From NCBI GenBank assembly GCA_046756925.1, contig JBHHXH010000002.1, forward strand, positions 2,990-66,989: a DNA stretch of 64,000 bases, read 5' to 3'. Below, one piece after another: positions 1-9,428 of the stretch. Origin of the DNA: Nitrospiria bacterium. GTDB taxonomy: Bacteria > Nitrospirota > Nitrospiria > SBBL01 > JAADHI01. Made by a program: the position numbers and the translations under genes. Below the pieces are notes generated by a model, which searched no databases, had not been told where the DNA came from, and saw only the letters and a list, made by a program, of their open reading frames with translations. How positions within the stretch are numbered: the stretch's first letter is position 1; each line of letters begins with the position of its first letter.

Positions 1-2
1 AA

Positions 3-437
3 AAACTTATCGGGATCTGTTTTGGACACCAGATCATCGCACAGGCCTTGGGTGGGAAGGTGCAGAAGAGCGGAAAGGGATGGGGAGTCGGTGCGGCATC
101 CGTCTCGGTTTTTAAGCATGAACCTTGGATAGACACGCCAGACGATCACTTTCAACTATTGGTCAGCCATCAAGACCAAGTGATTCAATTACCCCCAAAA
201 GCTGAGCGCATTGCCGGCAATGATTTCTGTCCCAACGCAAGCTATCAGATCGGAGAACATATTTTGACGTTTCAGGGACATCCGGAATTCAGCCCTGATT
301 ACCTGAAATACCTGATTGAGGGTCGACGAGAATCTATCGGGACCCCTCAAGCAGAGAAAGCGCTGGATTCCTTGCAACAGAAGACCGATCACCTGCGGAT
401 CGCACGTTGGATCGTGGCTTTTCTCAAACAGTCATGA
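3..437 (+). CDS. Class I glutamine amidotransferase-like protein, 5' end cut by window edge
   Basis: The frame is open from base 3 and reads KLIGICFGHQIIAQALGG (G-x-C-x-G-H-Q nucleophile elbow). It runs into ORF 48..437, which carries the downstream QGHPEF His/Glu motif. Stop at 435-437. Confidence 0.75.
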   Translation, partial: KLIGICFGHQIIAQALGGKVQKSGKGWGVGAASVSVFKHEPWIDTPDDHFQLLVSHQDQVIQLPPKAERIAGNDFCPNASYQIGEHILTFQGHPEFSPDYLKYLIEGRRESIGTPQAEKALDSLQQKTDHLRIARWIVAFLKQS

Positions 438-762
438 GTGGGACTTTTGTCCCGCTGAACCGGTATTGCGTTAGAAATCATTGAAGCTCCCCCCAGCAAG
501 CTGGAGGAAATGCGCTGGCTGTGCATTTTCAAGTGTTTCTCGGACAGGCCTCCTCGAAGCGTAATCGCTTGGCCGCCTGAGATATTCAAATATCCATTGG
601 CATTCGCTTTTGACTAAAACCTTTATTTTAGAATCCTCCAAATTCGTACAACCTTTCAATCGGAAAGAAATGTTTGTATGATCTTCATATGTTAGCCTTC
701 TGATCACGGATGCGCATGATGTTTGACTTGAGAGGCATTGTGAGGCGATCGGACGACAGGCC

Positions 763-1536
763 ATGACCAAGGACAAAGGCGCGATTTATATCGGTACTTC
801 GGGTTGGTGCTACAATCATTGGAAAGGCCCTTTTTATCCTCAAAACCTGCCGAACCATCAAAAACTGCCTTATTATTGCCGGCATTTCCACACGGTAGAG
901 GTCAACAATGCGTTCTACCGACTGCCGGAAAAACAGACCTTAAGACGCTGGCGCGAGGCGGCCCCCCCGGGTTTTGTCTATACGGCGAAAGCCAGCCGCA
1001 CCATCACTCATATGAAGAAACTCAAAGATTCTAAAGGGCATGTCCGTTTGTTTTTGGACCGTATCGGACTATTGGAAGAGAAACTGGGCCCCATCCTGTT
1101 TCAACTGCCCCCCCGCTGGCATTTCAATGCGGAGCGCTTGGAGGCGTTTCTGGGGGTATTGGATGGCTCCTTTCATTATGTCTTCGAATTTCGCGATCCG
1201 AGTTGGTTGAATGAGGACACGTATGCGTTGCTTTCACGTGACAATGCAGCGTTCTGTATCTATGACTTAAACGGCTTTCTTTCGCCTAAAAAAATCATCG
1301 CAGATTTCATTTATGTGCGTTTGCACGGTCCGGAGACCGCGTATCAAGGCTGTTACGATGAACCGGCTTTGTCCGGCTGGGTCGGCGATTTCTCCACATG
1401 GGCATCGGAGGGTAAGACCGTTTATTGTTACTTTGACAATGACGAAGCGGCATACGCGGCAAAGAACGCCGCCCGACTTCAGCGTATGTTGATTGAGAAC
1501 AAGGAACGCCTTGGGGCAGGGTTCCCCGAGGCATAG
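763..1536 (+). CDS. DUF72 (YecE-like) family protein
   Basis: 257-aa ORF. The N-terminus IYIGTSGWCYNHWKGPFYP and the NAFYRLP segment are typical of DUF72 proteins as I recall them. Confidence 0.8.
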   Translation: MTKDKGAIYIGTSGWCYNHWKGPFYPQNLPNHQKLPYYCRHFHTVEVNNAFYRLPEKQTLRRWREAAPPGFVYTAKASRTITHMKKLKDSKGHVRLFLDRIGLLEEKLGPILFQLPPRWHFNAERLEAFLGVLDGSFHYVFEFRDPSWLNEDTYALLSRDNAAFCIYDLNGFLSPKKIIADFIYVRLHGPETAYQGCYDEPALSGWVGDFSTWASEGKTVYCYFDNDEAAYAAKNAARLQRMLIENKERLGAGFPEA

Positions 1537-1543
1537 GGAGATA

Positions 1544-2815
1544 ATGGTTCTCTTTAAAACAGAACGCGGAAAACATCAACGCACTTTGCGGCTTGGGGCT
1601 GCGGCGCTTATATTTGTCGTCTTGGCCGGTTGCGAACCGGCCCTTGAAGGAGGTATGCCCGTCTTGCGCTGGTATGTCTTTCATGAGCCTTCCGGTGCTT
1701 TTGAGGAGGCCGCCGGGCGCTGTTCGGAATCATCCGGAGGAGACTTTCGCATTGCCTTGACACCACTACCCGCGGACGCCGATCAGCAACGCGAGCAACT
1801 GGTCCGGCGGCTGGCCGCCGAAGACGGCGACATCGACCTCATCGGGATGGATGTCATCTGGACCGCGGAATTCGCCAAGGCGGGTTGGATTCTACCCTGG
1901 GAGGGCGCATTCGCGAAAGCGGCTCAAGCGGGACGCCTGGCCGCCGCGGTCAAAAGCGCGACCTTTCAAAACCGGTTGTGGGCCACACCCTTCACCACGA
2001 ACACCCAACTCTTGTGGTACCGGACGGACCGCGTCAAAACACCACCCAAAACCTGGGACGCGCTGTTGAACCTGGCGGAATCTTGGGGGGAAGGGGCCAT
2101 CCAGGCCCAGGGCGAACGTTACGAAGGATTGACGGTTTTTTTTACGACTCTACTGGCCTCTGCCGGGGGCGCCGTGCTGGACGAAAGTGGTGAACAGGTA
2201 TCTTTAATGGATAAGCCGACACGGCAAAGTTTGGCGATCATGAAACGGCTGGCGACGTTTCCGGCCGCGGATCCCACTTTGGCGGCGAAGCGCGAAGATC
2301 AGGGTCGTCTGGCTTTTGAGAGCGGGTTTCCCACCTTCATGATCAACTATACCTATGTCTGGCCCAGCGCCCAGGCCAATGCCCCCGAAGTCGCGGCCCG
2401 CATGGCCTGGGCCCGTTGGCCCGCGGTGGTCGAAAATCGGCCCAGCCGCGTGACGATCGGCGGCATCAATTTGGGAATTGGAGCCTACTCGCGCCATCCC
2501 GAACTGGCCTTTCGCGCCGCCCTTTGTATCGCCGCCGCAGACAATCAGCGTCTTGCCGCCAAGCGAGGCGGTTTGCCGCCAACCATTGCGGCGCTTTACG
2601 ATGAATCGGAGGTCCGGGCGACCTTCCCCTTCGCCGATGTACTCCGCGATACGCTCGAAGACGCGGTGCAACGCGCCCAGACGCCGGTGTACAATGACAT
2701 CTCGCTCGCCATCGGGCGCACCCTGCATCCGATGAAGCGGATCGATCCCCAGCGGGATGTGAAACGTCTGCGAAAGGCCGTTGAGCGGGCCTTAAAGTCG
2801 GAGGGCCTGCTATGA
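1544..2815 (+). CDS. Sugar ABC transporter substrate-binding lipoprotein (LpqY-like, family 1 SBP)
   Basis: ATG at 1544 is preceded by GGGAG (1536-1540). The signal peptide has lipobox VLAGC. It heads a permease-permease-ATPase operon, and its stop overlaps the next start (ATGA at 2812). Confidence 0.8.
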   Translation: MVLFKTERGKHQRTLRLGAAALIFVVLAGCEPALEGGMPVLRWYVFHEPSGAFEEAAGRCSESSGGDFRIALTPLPADADQQREQLVRRLAAEDGDIDLIGMDVIWTAEFAKAGWILPWEGAFAKAAQAGRLAAAVKSATFQNRLWATPFTTNTQLLWYRTDRVKTPPKTWDALLNLAESWGEGAIQAQGERYEGLTVFFTTLLASAGGAVLDESGEQVSLMDKPTRQSLAIMKRLATFPAADPTLAAKREDQGRLAFESGFPTFMINYTYVWPSAQANAPEVAARMAWARWPAVVENRPSRVTIGGINLGIGAYSRHPELAFRAALCIAAADNQRLAAKRGGLPPTIAALYDESEVRATFPFADVLRDTLEDAVQRAQTPVYNDISLAIGRTLHPMKRIDPQRDVKRLRKAVERALKSEGLL

Positions 2816-3687
2816 ATCGAATACGTTCGGAGTACAAGTTGGGCTGGCTCATGTGCGCGCCCGCGATTTTGGTGATGCTCGTTGTCTGCGCTTATCCCAT
2901 CCTGTATGCCTTTTGGCTGTCCTTGTTCCGTTACGACCTGCGCTTTCCGGAAGACCGTGTATTTGTGGGGCACGCCAACTATGTCAGTGTGCTTACGTCC
3001 GAAGTCTGGTGGCAGTCGCTGGCCAATACATTGGTTCTCACGCTGACCTCGGTATCGGTCGAATTGGTGCTCGGATTTGCCCTGGCCCTCTTGATGCATC
3101 GTGCCCTCGTGGGCCGACGCACGGTGCGCGCGGCGATCCTGATTCCTTACGGCATTATCACGGTCGTGGCGGCGTTGGCCTGGAAATTCGCATTCGATCC
3201 CACGACCGGTTTTGTCAACGCTCTGCTGGGGGTGGATCAAGCTTGGTTCACCGAGCGTGGGCCGGCTTTCTTTGTCGTTATCTTGACCGAGATTTGGAAA
3301 ACCACGCCGTTTATGGCCTTGTTGTTGCTGGCGGGCTTGACCCTGGTTCCGAATGAGCTTTTGCGCACGGCGCGAGTGGACGGGGCTTCGGCAGTGCAGC
3401 GATTCTTCAAGATGACCCTTCCGTTGATGAAACCCGCAATTCTGGTGGCCTTGCTGTTTCGGTCGCTGGACGCCTTTCGTATTTTTGATACGGTCTTCGT
3501 GCAAACCCGTGGGGCGCAGGACACCGAATCCGTGTCCCTTATCGGATACAATACCCTGATCACACGCTTGAATCTGGGGCTCGGCTCGGCCGTGTCGGTG
3601 TTAATCTTTCTTTGCGTCGTTGTTATCGCCCTCCTGTTTGTGAAGGGTTTCGGCGCCACACTCGACCGGAAGGCGGGAGGCCTCTAA
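2812..3687 (+). CDS. Sugar ABC transporter permease (SugA/MalF-like)
   Basis: 291 aa, multi-TM. It resembles the trehalose/maltose-type permease family ([19 protein letters not shown], and an EAA-like loop [12 protein letters not shown]). Confidence 0.85.
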   Translation: MNRIRSEYKLGWLMCAPAILVMLVVCAYPILYAFWLSLFRYDLRFPEDRVFVGHANYVSVLTSEVWWQSLANTLVLTLTSVSVELVLGFALALLMHRALVGRRTVRAAILIPYGIITVVAALAWKFAFDPTTGFVNALLGVDQAWFTERGPAFFVVILTEIWKTTPFMALLLLAGLTLVPNELLRTARVDGASAVQRFFKMTLPLMKPAILVALLFRSLDAFRIFDTVFVQTRGAQDTESVSLIGYNTLITRLNLGLGSAVSVLIFLCVVVIALLFVKGFGATLDRKAGGL

Positions 3688-4520
3688 TGCAAAACCGGAG
3701 ATTCAGCGAGCCTCTATTTTTGGGTTTCGGTACGGTGATTGCGATTTTCTATGCCCTGATTCCCGTGGCCTGGGTCGTCTCGCTTTCATTAAAGCCCGCC
3801 GCCGATCTCAACGATCGCCGTTTTTTTCCACAAAGGGTTGGCTGGGAACATTATAAGGCCGTCTTCCAGGATATCCAATTCCCCGCCGCGTTGTGGAACT
3901 CGCTCGGCATTGCCTCACTCTCCACCTTGTCGGCAGTGGTCTTGGCGATGTTTGCCGCTTACGCCGTGGTGCATCTGTCTTTTCCGGGGCGGCGGTGGGT
4001 GTTAATCGCGGCCTTGTCGATCGCCATGTTTCCCCCCATTGCTGTGATGGGTCCGCTTTTTAACCTGTGGCGGACCCTCGGGTTGTTCGATACCTGGCTG
4101 GGTTTGATCTTGCCCTACATGACCTTTACGTTGCCCTTGGCCCTCTGGACCCTGACCGCCTTTTTTCGCGAGATACCCTGGGACTTGGAGAAGGCTGCCC
4201 GTGTGGACGGCGCGACACCTTTTCAGGCCTTTCGCCATGTGACCGTCCCACTGGCGGTCCCTGGCGTTTTCACGACCGCGATCTTGGTCTTCATCTTTGC
4301 CTGGAATGACTTTTTGTTCGCGACCTCACTGACCTCCACCAACAAGGCGCGCACCGTGCCCGCCGCCATCGCTTTTTTTACCGGCAGTTCCCGTTTCGAG
4401 TTGCCCACGGGCGCCATCGCCGCGGCCTCGGTCCTGGTCACCGTGCCGATTATTGTCGTGGTGTTGGTTTTTCAGCGACGCATCGTCAGCGGTCTGACAT
4501 CGGGCGCCGTGAAAGGATAG
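3687..4520 (+). CDS. Sugar ABC transporter permease (SugB/MalG-like)
   Basis: ATG at 3687 overlaps the upstream stop (TAATG). Multi-TM, with EAA loop [20 protein letters not shown]. The longer ORF-track start at 3612 would overlap the preceding gene by 76 nt, so I rejected it. Confidence 0.85.
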   Translation: MQNRRFSEPLFLGFGTVIAIFYALIPVAWVVSLSLKPAADLNDRRFFPQRVGWEHYKAVFQDIQFPAALWNSLGIASLSTLSAVVLAMFAAYAVVHLSFPGRRWVLIAALSIAMFPPIAVMGPLFNLWRTLGLFDTWLGLILPYMTFTLPLALWTLTAFFREIPWDLEKAARVDGATPFQAFRHVTVPLAVPGVFTTAILVFIFAWNDFLFATSLTSTNKARTVPAAIAFFTGSSRFELPTGAIAAASVLVTVPIIVVVLVFQRRIVSGLTSGAVKG

Positions 4521-4523
4521 GGC

Positions 4524-5690
4524 ATGGCCGAAATTATATTGGATCAAGTCGGCAAACGTTTTCCCGACGGCGTCGAGGCGATAAAGAAAGTCAGTTTCAC
4601 CATCCGGGACGGAGAGTTTTTGATCCTGCTGGGACCCTCGGGTTGCGGCAAGTCCACACTGCTCAATATGATTGTGGGGTTGGAAGCCGTCACCGAAGGG
4701 GAAATACGGATGGACGGCAAGGTCATCAACGACATCGATCCCAAGGACCGCAACATGGCGATGGTCTTTCAGAACTATGCGCTTTATCCCCACATGACGG
4801 TACGGGAAAACATGTCCTTTCCCCTTAAAATGGCCAAGGCTCCAAGGAAGGAAATTTACGAACGGGTCGTGCAGACGGCTGAAATATTGGGGCTGGGCGA
4901 GATGCTGGACCGCAAGCCGAGCCATCTTTCCGGTGGGCAACGTCAGCGCGTGGCCATGGGCCGCGCCATAGTCCGGCGGCCTTCGGTTTTTCTGCTCGAC
5001 GAACCCCTTTCGAACCTGGACGCCCAGTTGCGGGAGCAAATGCGTGCAGAAATCGCGCGCATCCAGCGCCGCCTCGGCGTGACCACCGTGTATGTGACCC
5101 ACGATCAGACCGAAGCCATGACGCTGGGGGACCGGGTCGTCGTGCTGTATCGAGGCGAGGCCCAGCAAATCGGCACGCCTCGGGCGTTGTATGAGCAGCC
5201 TCGCAATCTGTTTGTCGCCGCATTCATCGGCGCTCCCGCGATGAATTTCCTCCCCGCCAAGCTTGATGGACACCGCCTCAAACTGCCGATCGGAGAGATT
5301 GCATGGCCGCTTGAGCAAGCAGAACAGCTTGCCGAAGGCACAAAATTATTGACGGCCGGAATTCGTCCCGAAGATTTTAAAGAGGTCGCGATTGCGCCGG
5401 CTTACTTGCAGGTGCTTCACTTTCAAGTGATGATTGATATTGTCGAATGGTTGGGCGCAGAACGTTATGTCCACTTTGAGGTGAAGGGAGAGACGTCGTC
5501 CCCTCGCCCCGGCGGTTTTGAGCACTTTCGTTTTAAAACAGGGATCCGCGGCAATATTCGCATGGTGGCAAGGCTGGGTACAAACAGCCCGGCCGCCGAA
5601 GGAGAGAAACTTCGACTCTGCTTGGATATAAGCAAGGTACTTTTTTTCGATTCGGAGACGGGGGAGCGTCTTTCCATGCCCCGCAGATGA
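4524..5690 (+). CDS. Sugar ABC transporter ATP-binding protein (MalK/UgpC/SugC type)
   Basis: Walker A GPSGCGKST, signature LSGGQRQRVA, Walker B VFLLDEPLS, H-loop VTHD, plus a C-terminal regulatory (TOBE-like) extension. Confidence 0.9.
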   Translation: MAEIILDQVGKRFPDGVEAIKKVSFTIRDGEFLILLGPSGCGKSTLLNMIVGLEAVTEGEIRMDGKVINDIDPKDRNMAMVFQNYALYPHMTVRENMSFPLKMAKAPRKEIYERVVQTAEILGLGEMLDRKPSHLSGGQRQRVAMGRAIVRRPSVFLLDEPLSNLDAQLREQMRAEIARIQRRLGVTTVYVTHDQTEAMTLGDRVVVLYRGEAQQIGTPRALYEQPRNLFVAAFIGAPAMNFLPAKLDGHRLKLPIGEIAWPLEQAEQLAEGTKLLTAGIRPEDFKEVAIAPAYLQVLHFQVMIDIVEWLGAERYVHFEVKGETSSPRPGGFEHFRFKTGIRGNIRMVARLGTNSPAAEGEKLRLCLDISKVLFFDSETGERLSMPRR

Positions 5691-6211
5691 TGGGAGAACA
5701 AAGCTCTCTGACGCTTTATATTGACATCTGAAAGGTGGCGTCGAGAAGAACGCGGTTGAACATCGCCTGATGGCCTGATCTGCTTTAAAAGTTTCATTAC
5801 CCAGATTTTGTAGAGCAGGAAAGCGCTCTAGTGTGTGGAGAAAAGAGATTTGTTGCGATTAGAGAAGATGGGATGATTCTGCTAAGAACGCGGGTTGGTC
5901 CGCTCATCTTCGCTGCAGCAATGATCGTTGACACAGAATGATTGAACACGCCTAAAGTTAATGAAGTTTTCAGGCTATTAAACAATCAATCCTGCGATCC
6001 AAACCACGGTCATGAGCACAGATAACCCGGTTAAAGTTGTGATCGTGGCCCATTTTTTATCTTGACCCATTCTAAACCCACCTTTCATACAAGCCATACA
6101 TGATGATACTTAAATTATAACGCAAAATAGGGTGAATGATGTTTGCTGACATACAAAAATCAGTTTTCCCGAATTGTCTTCCCTCAGCCGATAGCCCAGA
6201 GACGAGGCGCA

Positions 6212-6427
6212 TTAGAGGGACACTCTCATAGGAGAAAGGAGTCGATTTTTGTGCGTCCTTCTTGGATGAACCACCTCCTCTATGCCGAAATGATATAAAA
6301 TGGAGTGTTGTAGATTTTGAAAGGCTTCTTCTTCGTTTCGCCCCCACCTGCAACAACCCGGCATGCTGGGAATGGTCGCTTTAAAACCGCCTTCATGTCC
6401 CTCTTCAAGGATCACTTTGAATTTCAT
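6212..6427 (-). CDS. HicB-like (UPF0150) small protein, no HicA partner seen
   Basis: The N-terminus MKFKVILEEGHEGGFKATIPSMPGCCRWGRNEEEAFQNLQHSI matches the HicB/UPF0150 pattern (E-x-GG-[FY]-x-A-x-x-P-x-x-PGC...G-x-x-x-EEA). RBS AGGAGGG lies upstream of the ATG. Confidence 0.5.
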   Translation of the reverse strand: MKFKVILEEGHEGGFKATIPSMPGCCRWGRNEEEAFQNLQHSILYHFGIEEVVHPRRTHKNRLLSPMRVSL

Positions 6428-6483
6428 TTTGAAACCCTCCTAATTTAATCTAATGATGTTTTGTTACATCCTCTATATTTGGG

Positions 6484-6513
6484 ATTATATTCCCAAATAT
6501 AGGCCACCGTCAA
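6484..6513 (-). promoter_or_regulatory. Sigma70-type promoter with embedded palindromic operator (copy 1)
   Basis: The minus strand reads TTGACG (6513-6508), an 18-nt spacer, then TATAAT (6489-6484). The -10 sits at the centre of the palindrome ATATTTGGGA-ATATAA-TCCCAAATAT (6475-6500). Confidence 0.5.
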
Positions 6514-6864
6514 CCTAAAATAAGTAGTAATCACAATAAAAAATAACTCAAGGGCTGAGGGCGTGTTTTCGACAGGAATAAGATTGACGTCAGTAAAGAA
6601 ACACACGACCATACCTTGAATCGACGAATAGAAGGCTTCTTATCAAATGCTTACATTATTCCCATCGTGAAAATGATAGCGAGGTGCTCTAAATTCAGAG
6701 GGGATGAGGCCTGAAGATGTTGATCAGCATCCATCCTACAAATCAAGCTTTACCAGGGAAAAATCGTATATCGTGGGTCTTGGACCGGAAATGGGTCCTT
6801 TTTCATTGAGAGAAGGTACTTTGGGAAGGAGTTTTTTTTTGATTCCTTGGTTTAATCTTATGGT

Positions 6865-7935
6865 TTAATCTTGTGGAGAAGCGTGCATCGAACGTCTGAT
6901 TTGACCGCGAAATATTGAGAGCATGAGTTGGAAAGCGGCAAAAAACGTCAGGGTCGTCACACCCTCTAGGACCGAAAACCCTTGTAAGCCAGGGGCCTCT
7001 TCGATAAGCAGGCGAAGAGGTGGAATAACCATGAGATAGCGCTCTAACCAAATTCCAAAAAGAATGATCCCTAAAATGGGTTTCAAAGATCGTTCACCTT
7101 TTCGATCTAGAAGGAGCGCACCGAAGGGAACGAGAAAGAGAGCGCAGACCATTAATCCGAAAGGCCAGACGAAAGGCCCCGAAAACCGTATATAAAGCGG
7201 TTTTACTTCTTCAGGGATGTTGGCATACCATATCGTGATAAATTGAGACCATCCGAGGTAGATCCATATAATTGAAAAAACCAGCAGTAATTTCCGCATG
7301 TTTTCCCATGTCTGCGTCTGCAACAATCGATGTCGGTTTCCCTCAATCATCAACATCAGTACGGCTAGCCCGGCATAGAGATTTCCAAACCAAAAATAGG
7401 GGGCGAACAAGGTGTTGTGCCAGCCCGGCGAAAGATTCATGCCGAAATCCCAACCGATCAGGGTCTGATGCAGTACAAAGAGCGCCAACAGGCAACAGAG
7501 ACGTCCAGGACGTTGGGTCTTGTCTCTCAGGTGGCTGGATAGGGTGTAGCATGCGAAGCCGTAATATAGGATCATCGCAACAAGGTGCCTGGTAAAAAAA
7601 ACGGGCGAAGTAAACCAAAAGGAATGACTCGGTGTTCGGACCCAATGGAACAGGTCGGACTGTCCCTGAACGAGTCCGAGCATGGCCATGACCGCGATGG
7701 GCGCATAGGCAAGAGTGATCATCCCAGACGGGACCAGATAAGACGATGCCCACCGAGCCCCCAGGAGCCAAAGAAACACGACGATCGCCAAGAGGCCCTG
7801 TGTGACTCCGAACAGGTAGACAAAATTGGCTGCATAAACGCCCCAGGGAACGCCGATGAAGGCCCATGCGAGCAGTCCGCATAAGAGCAAGGCGGCGAAA
7901 ACAGTTGTTTTGGCCGAAGCCGGTTTCACCATCAC
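6865..7935 (-). CDS. actF: Alternative complex III subunit ActF-like integral membrane protein
   Basis: 356-aa polytopic membrane protein, last gene of the act operon. Its start (GTG 7935 or ATG 7932) overlaps the actDE stop. Confidence 0.7.
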   Translation of the reverse strand: MMVKPASAKTTVFAALLLCGLLAWAFIGVPWGVYAANFVYLFGVTQGLLAIVVFLWLLGARWASSYLVPSGMITLAYAPIAVMAMLGLVQGQSDLFHWVRTPSHSFWFTSPVFFTRHLVAMILYYGFACYTLSSHLRDKTQRPGRLCCLLALFVLHQTLIGWDFGMNLSPGWHNTLFAPYFWFGNLYAGLAVLMLMIEGNRHRLLQTQTWENMRKLLLVFSIIWIYLGWSQFITIWYANIPEEVKPLYIRFSGPFVWPFGLMVCALFLVPFGALLLDRKGERSLKPILGIILFGIWLERYLMVIPPLRLLIEEAPGLQGFSVLEGVTTLTFFAAFQLMLSIFRGQIRRSMHASPQD

Positions 7936-9428
7936 TCCCGGCCCAATTGGTGCTTCACAAAATTGACGATATGCCAGCGTTCGGTTGCATCGAGGGCATC
8001 TCGGTATGGCGGCATGAAATGTTTCTTGCCGCTGCCGTGTGCGTGCGCATGTCCATCTTCCCCGTCTTCTCCGTGCCCGTGGCCTTCAGCGTAGCATTCG
8101 GGGCCTTCCGAGGCATGGGCGTGTTCGTCTTCGTGCGCGTGTTCGTGTGCCTCTTCATTCTCATGCGCGTGGTCCATTGAGGCGACCTCATCATGGTCAT
8201 GCGAATCTTCGTGTTCATGTGTTATCTCGGCCGTTTCCATCGGTTCCGACTCGTCATGCGGGTGGTCATGATCGTCCTCGTGCCCATTTCGATGTTCGCC
8301 TTCCGTAGAGGCCGTCTCGTCGTGTCGATGCGTATCCGCTTCATGTTCGTCTTCGAGAGCATCCTCATGTTCGTGGTCAGCACCCTCCTCATCATGTTGA
8401 TGCTCCCTTTCATCGTCGTCGTGGGTCGCTTCATCGTCATGCGCCTCATGGGACATCTCTTCCAGCGGTGGTCGGGGACGGGCGATTTCCGAGGCGAAGT
8501 TGGCGCCATTGGTAATAGCGACAAAAATGCATCCACCGGGCTGCTCTCGAAACCCTTCTTTGGTAAAGTCGGGAAATTCTCCGATCTTCTCTGCGATGAT
8601 GCCGTCGCCTTTTCCGCTGGAGCCGTGGCAGACCACGCAAAAATCTTGGAAGAGTTTTTTTCCGATCCGGAGTGAGTCATCACTGACGGGAACCGGGTTT
8701 TCGATCCACGGCCCTTCATCCTTCGAGCGTATTTCGAGGGCCTTGCCTTGCCGGGGAACAATGGACGGCGGAAGAGACACCAGTTCTTCTTGAGGACTGC
8801 GCGTTGTCTGATCGACCATGTCTTGAGACCAGGGCCAGGCGAGAACGAGAGAAGGCCATAAGAGCAGCATCGCGGCGCCGAGCCACAAACGAGCGATTTG
8901 TTTTTCAACACGATCGGCGCCGCAGCGTTTTAATAGCGTTGCGGCCGATGAGAGCTCGCTCGAAGTTCCCCGGACGCCGATGGCGAAGCGGTCGCTGCTG
9001 ACGCGCTGCGGGACGAAGCGTTTTCGGTCGGAGGAGAGCAGAGCGAAATAGAGAAAGCCTAAAACGGTGGACAGCAGCGAGAAGAGCACCATGATCTCGA
9101 ACGAGATGATGCCGATGGCGGGTAGGGATAAAATCGGCATCCCACCGGTTTGAATGGGATAGAGCACGGCGGTGCCTCCGCTCAGGAGAAGCCCTGCGGT
9201 CAAGCCGACAATTGCCCCAAACAAAGTAAATTTACCGATGGGACTATTTCCTTGGGAGACGGGGAGTCCCAATTCACCGGGGTCCATTGGAGAATAAAGG
9301 GTAATGTCTTCATGCCCCGACGCGGCGAGTGCCTGTAACGCCGCTCGTGTTTCCGCGGGAGAGGGAAAGGTTCCGAGAATGCCGTGATCGCGGGTAGTTT
9401 GATTCGTATTTTTCTTGTCGTTCATCAT
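7932..9428 (-). CDS. actDE: Fused ActD (DUF3341)-ActE (monoheme cytochrome c) subunit with a His/Asp/Glu-rich insertion
   Basis: Start ATGATG at 9428 overlaps the actC stop and follows AAGGAGG; I rejected the 147-aa upstream part of ORF 7932..9869 because it overlaps actC. The N-terminal part is GILGTFPSPAETRAALQAL plus 2 TM helices (ActD-like). The C-terminal part has CVVCH and ...ITNG...MPPYRDALDATERWHIVNFV (cytochrome c). Confidence 0.75.
   Translation of the reverse strand: MMNDKKNTNQTTRDHGILGTFPSPAETRAALQALAASGHEDITLYSPMDPGELGLPVSQGNSPIGKFTLFGAIVGLTAGLLLSGGTAVLYPIQTGGMPILSLPAIGIISFEIMVLFSLLSTVLGFLYFALLSSDRKRFVPQRVSSDRFAIGVRGTSSELSSAATLLKRCGADRVEKQIARLWLGAAMLLLWPSLVLAWPWSQDMVDQTTRSPQEELVSLPPSIVPRQGKALEIRSKDEGPWIENPVPVSDDSLRIGKKLFQDFCVVCHGSSGKGDGIIAEKIGEFPDFTKEGFREQPGGCIFVAITNGANFASEIARPRPPLEEMSHEAHDDEATHDDDEREHQHDEEGADHEHEDALEDEHEADTHRHDETASTEGEHRNGHEDDHDHPHDESEPMETAEITHEHEDSHDHDEVASMDHAHENEEAHEHAHEDEHAHASEGPECYAEGHGHGEDGEDGHAHAHGSGKKHFMPPYRDALDATERWHIVNFVKHQLGRE

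Noticed and set aside
4326-5318. Long antisense ORFs opposite well-supported genes (e.g. 4326..5318-, 2596..3504-, 10071..10727-, 50917..51603-, 54610..55461-, 58661..59470+)
   Set aside because: These are shadow ORFs typical of moderately GC-rich coding DNA. Each overlaps a gene with strong motif evidence on the other strand, and their products are Arg/Pro/Gly-rich without motifs.
6072-6356. 94-aa ORF overlapping the HicB-like gene as a possible HicA toxin partner
   Set aside because: It overlaps hicB-like in a different frame, has no RBS, and shows no resemblance to the HicA (YcfA) pattern.
6770-6812. GGACC-N7-GGTCC hairpin followed by TTTTT (plus strand) as a terminator or sRNA 3' end
   Set aside because: The stem is only 5 bp, there is no identifiable upstream plus-strand gene, and on the minus strand (the actF side) it lacks a T-tract.
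8025-8470. Codon-level repetitiveness of the His-rich region and the RG-dipeptide tract (about 23870-23915) as possible CRISPR or other repeat arrays
   Set aside because: There are no regularly spaced identical repeats with unique spacers. The periodicity is 3-6 nt and in frame within ORFs, which is consistent with amino-acid low complexity only.
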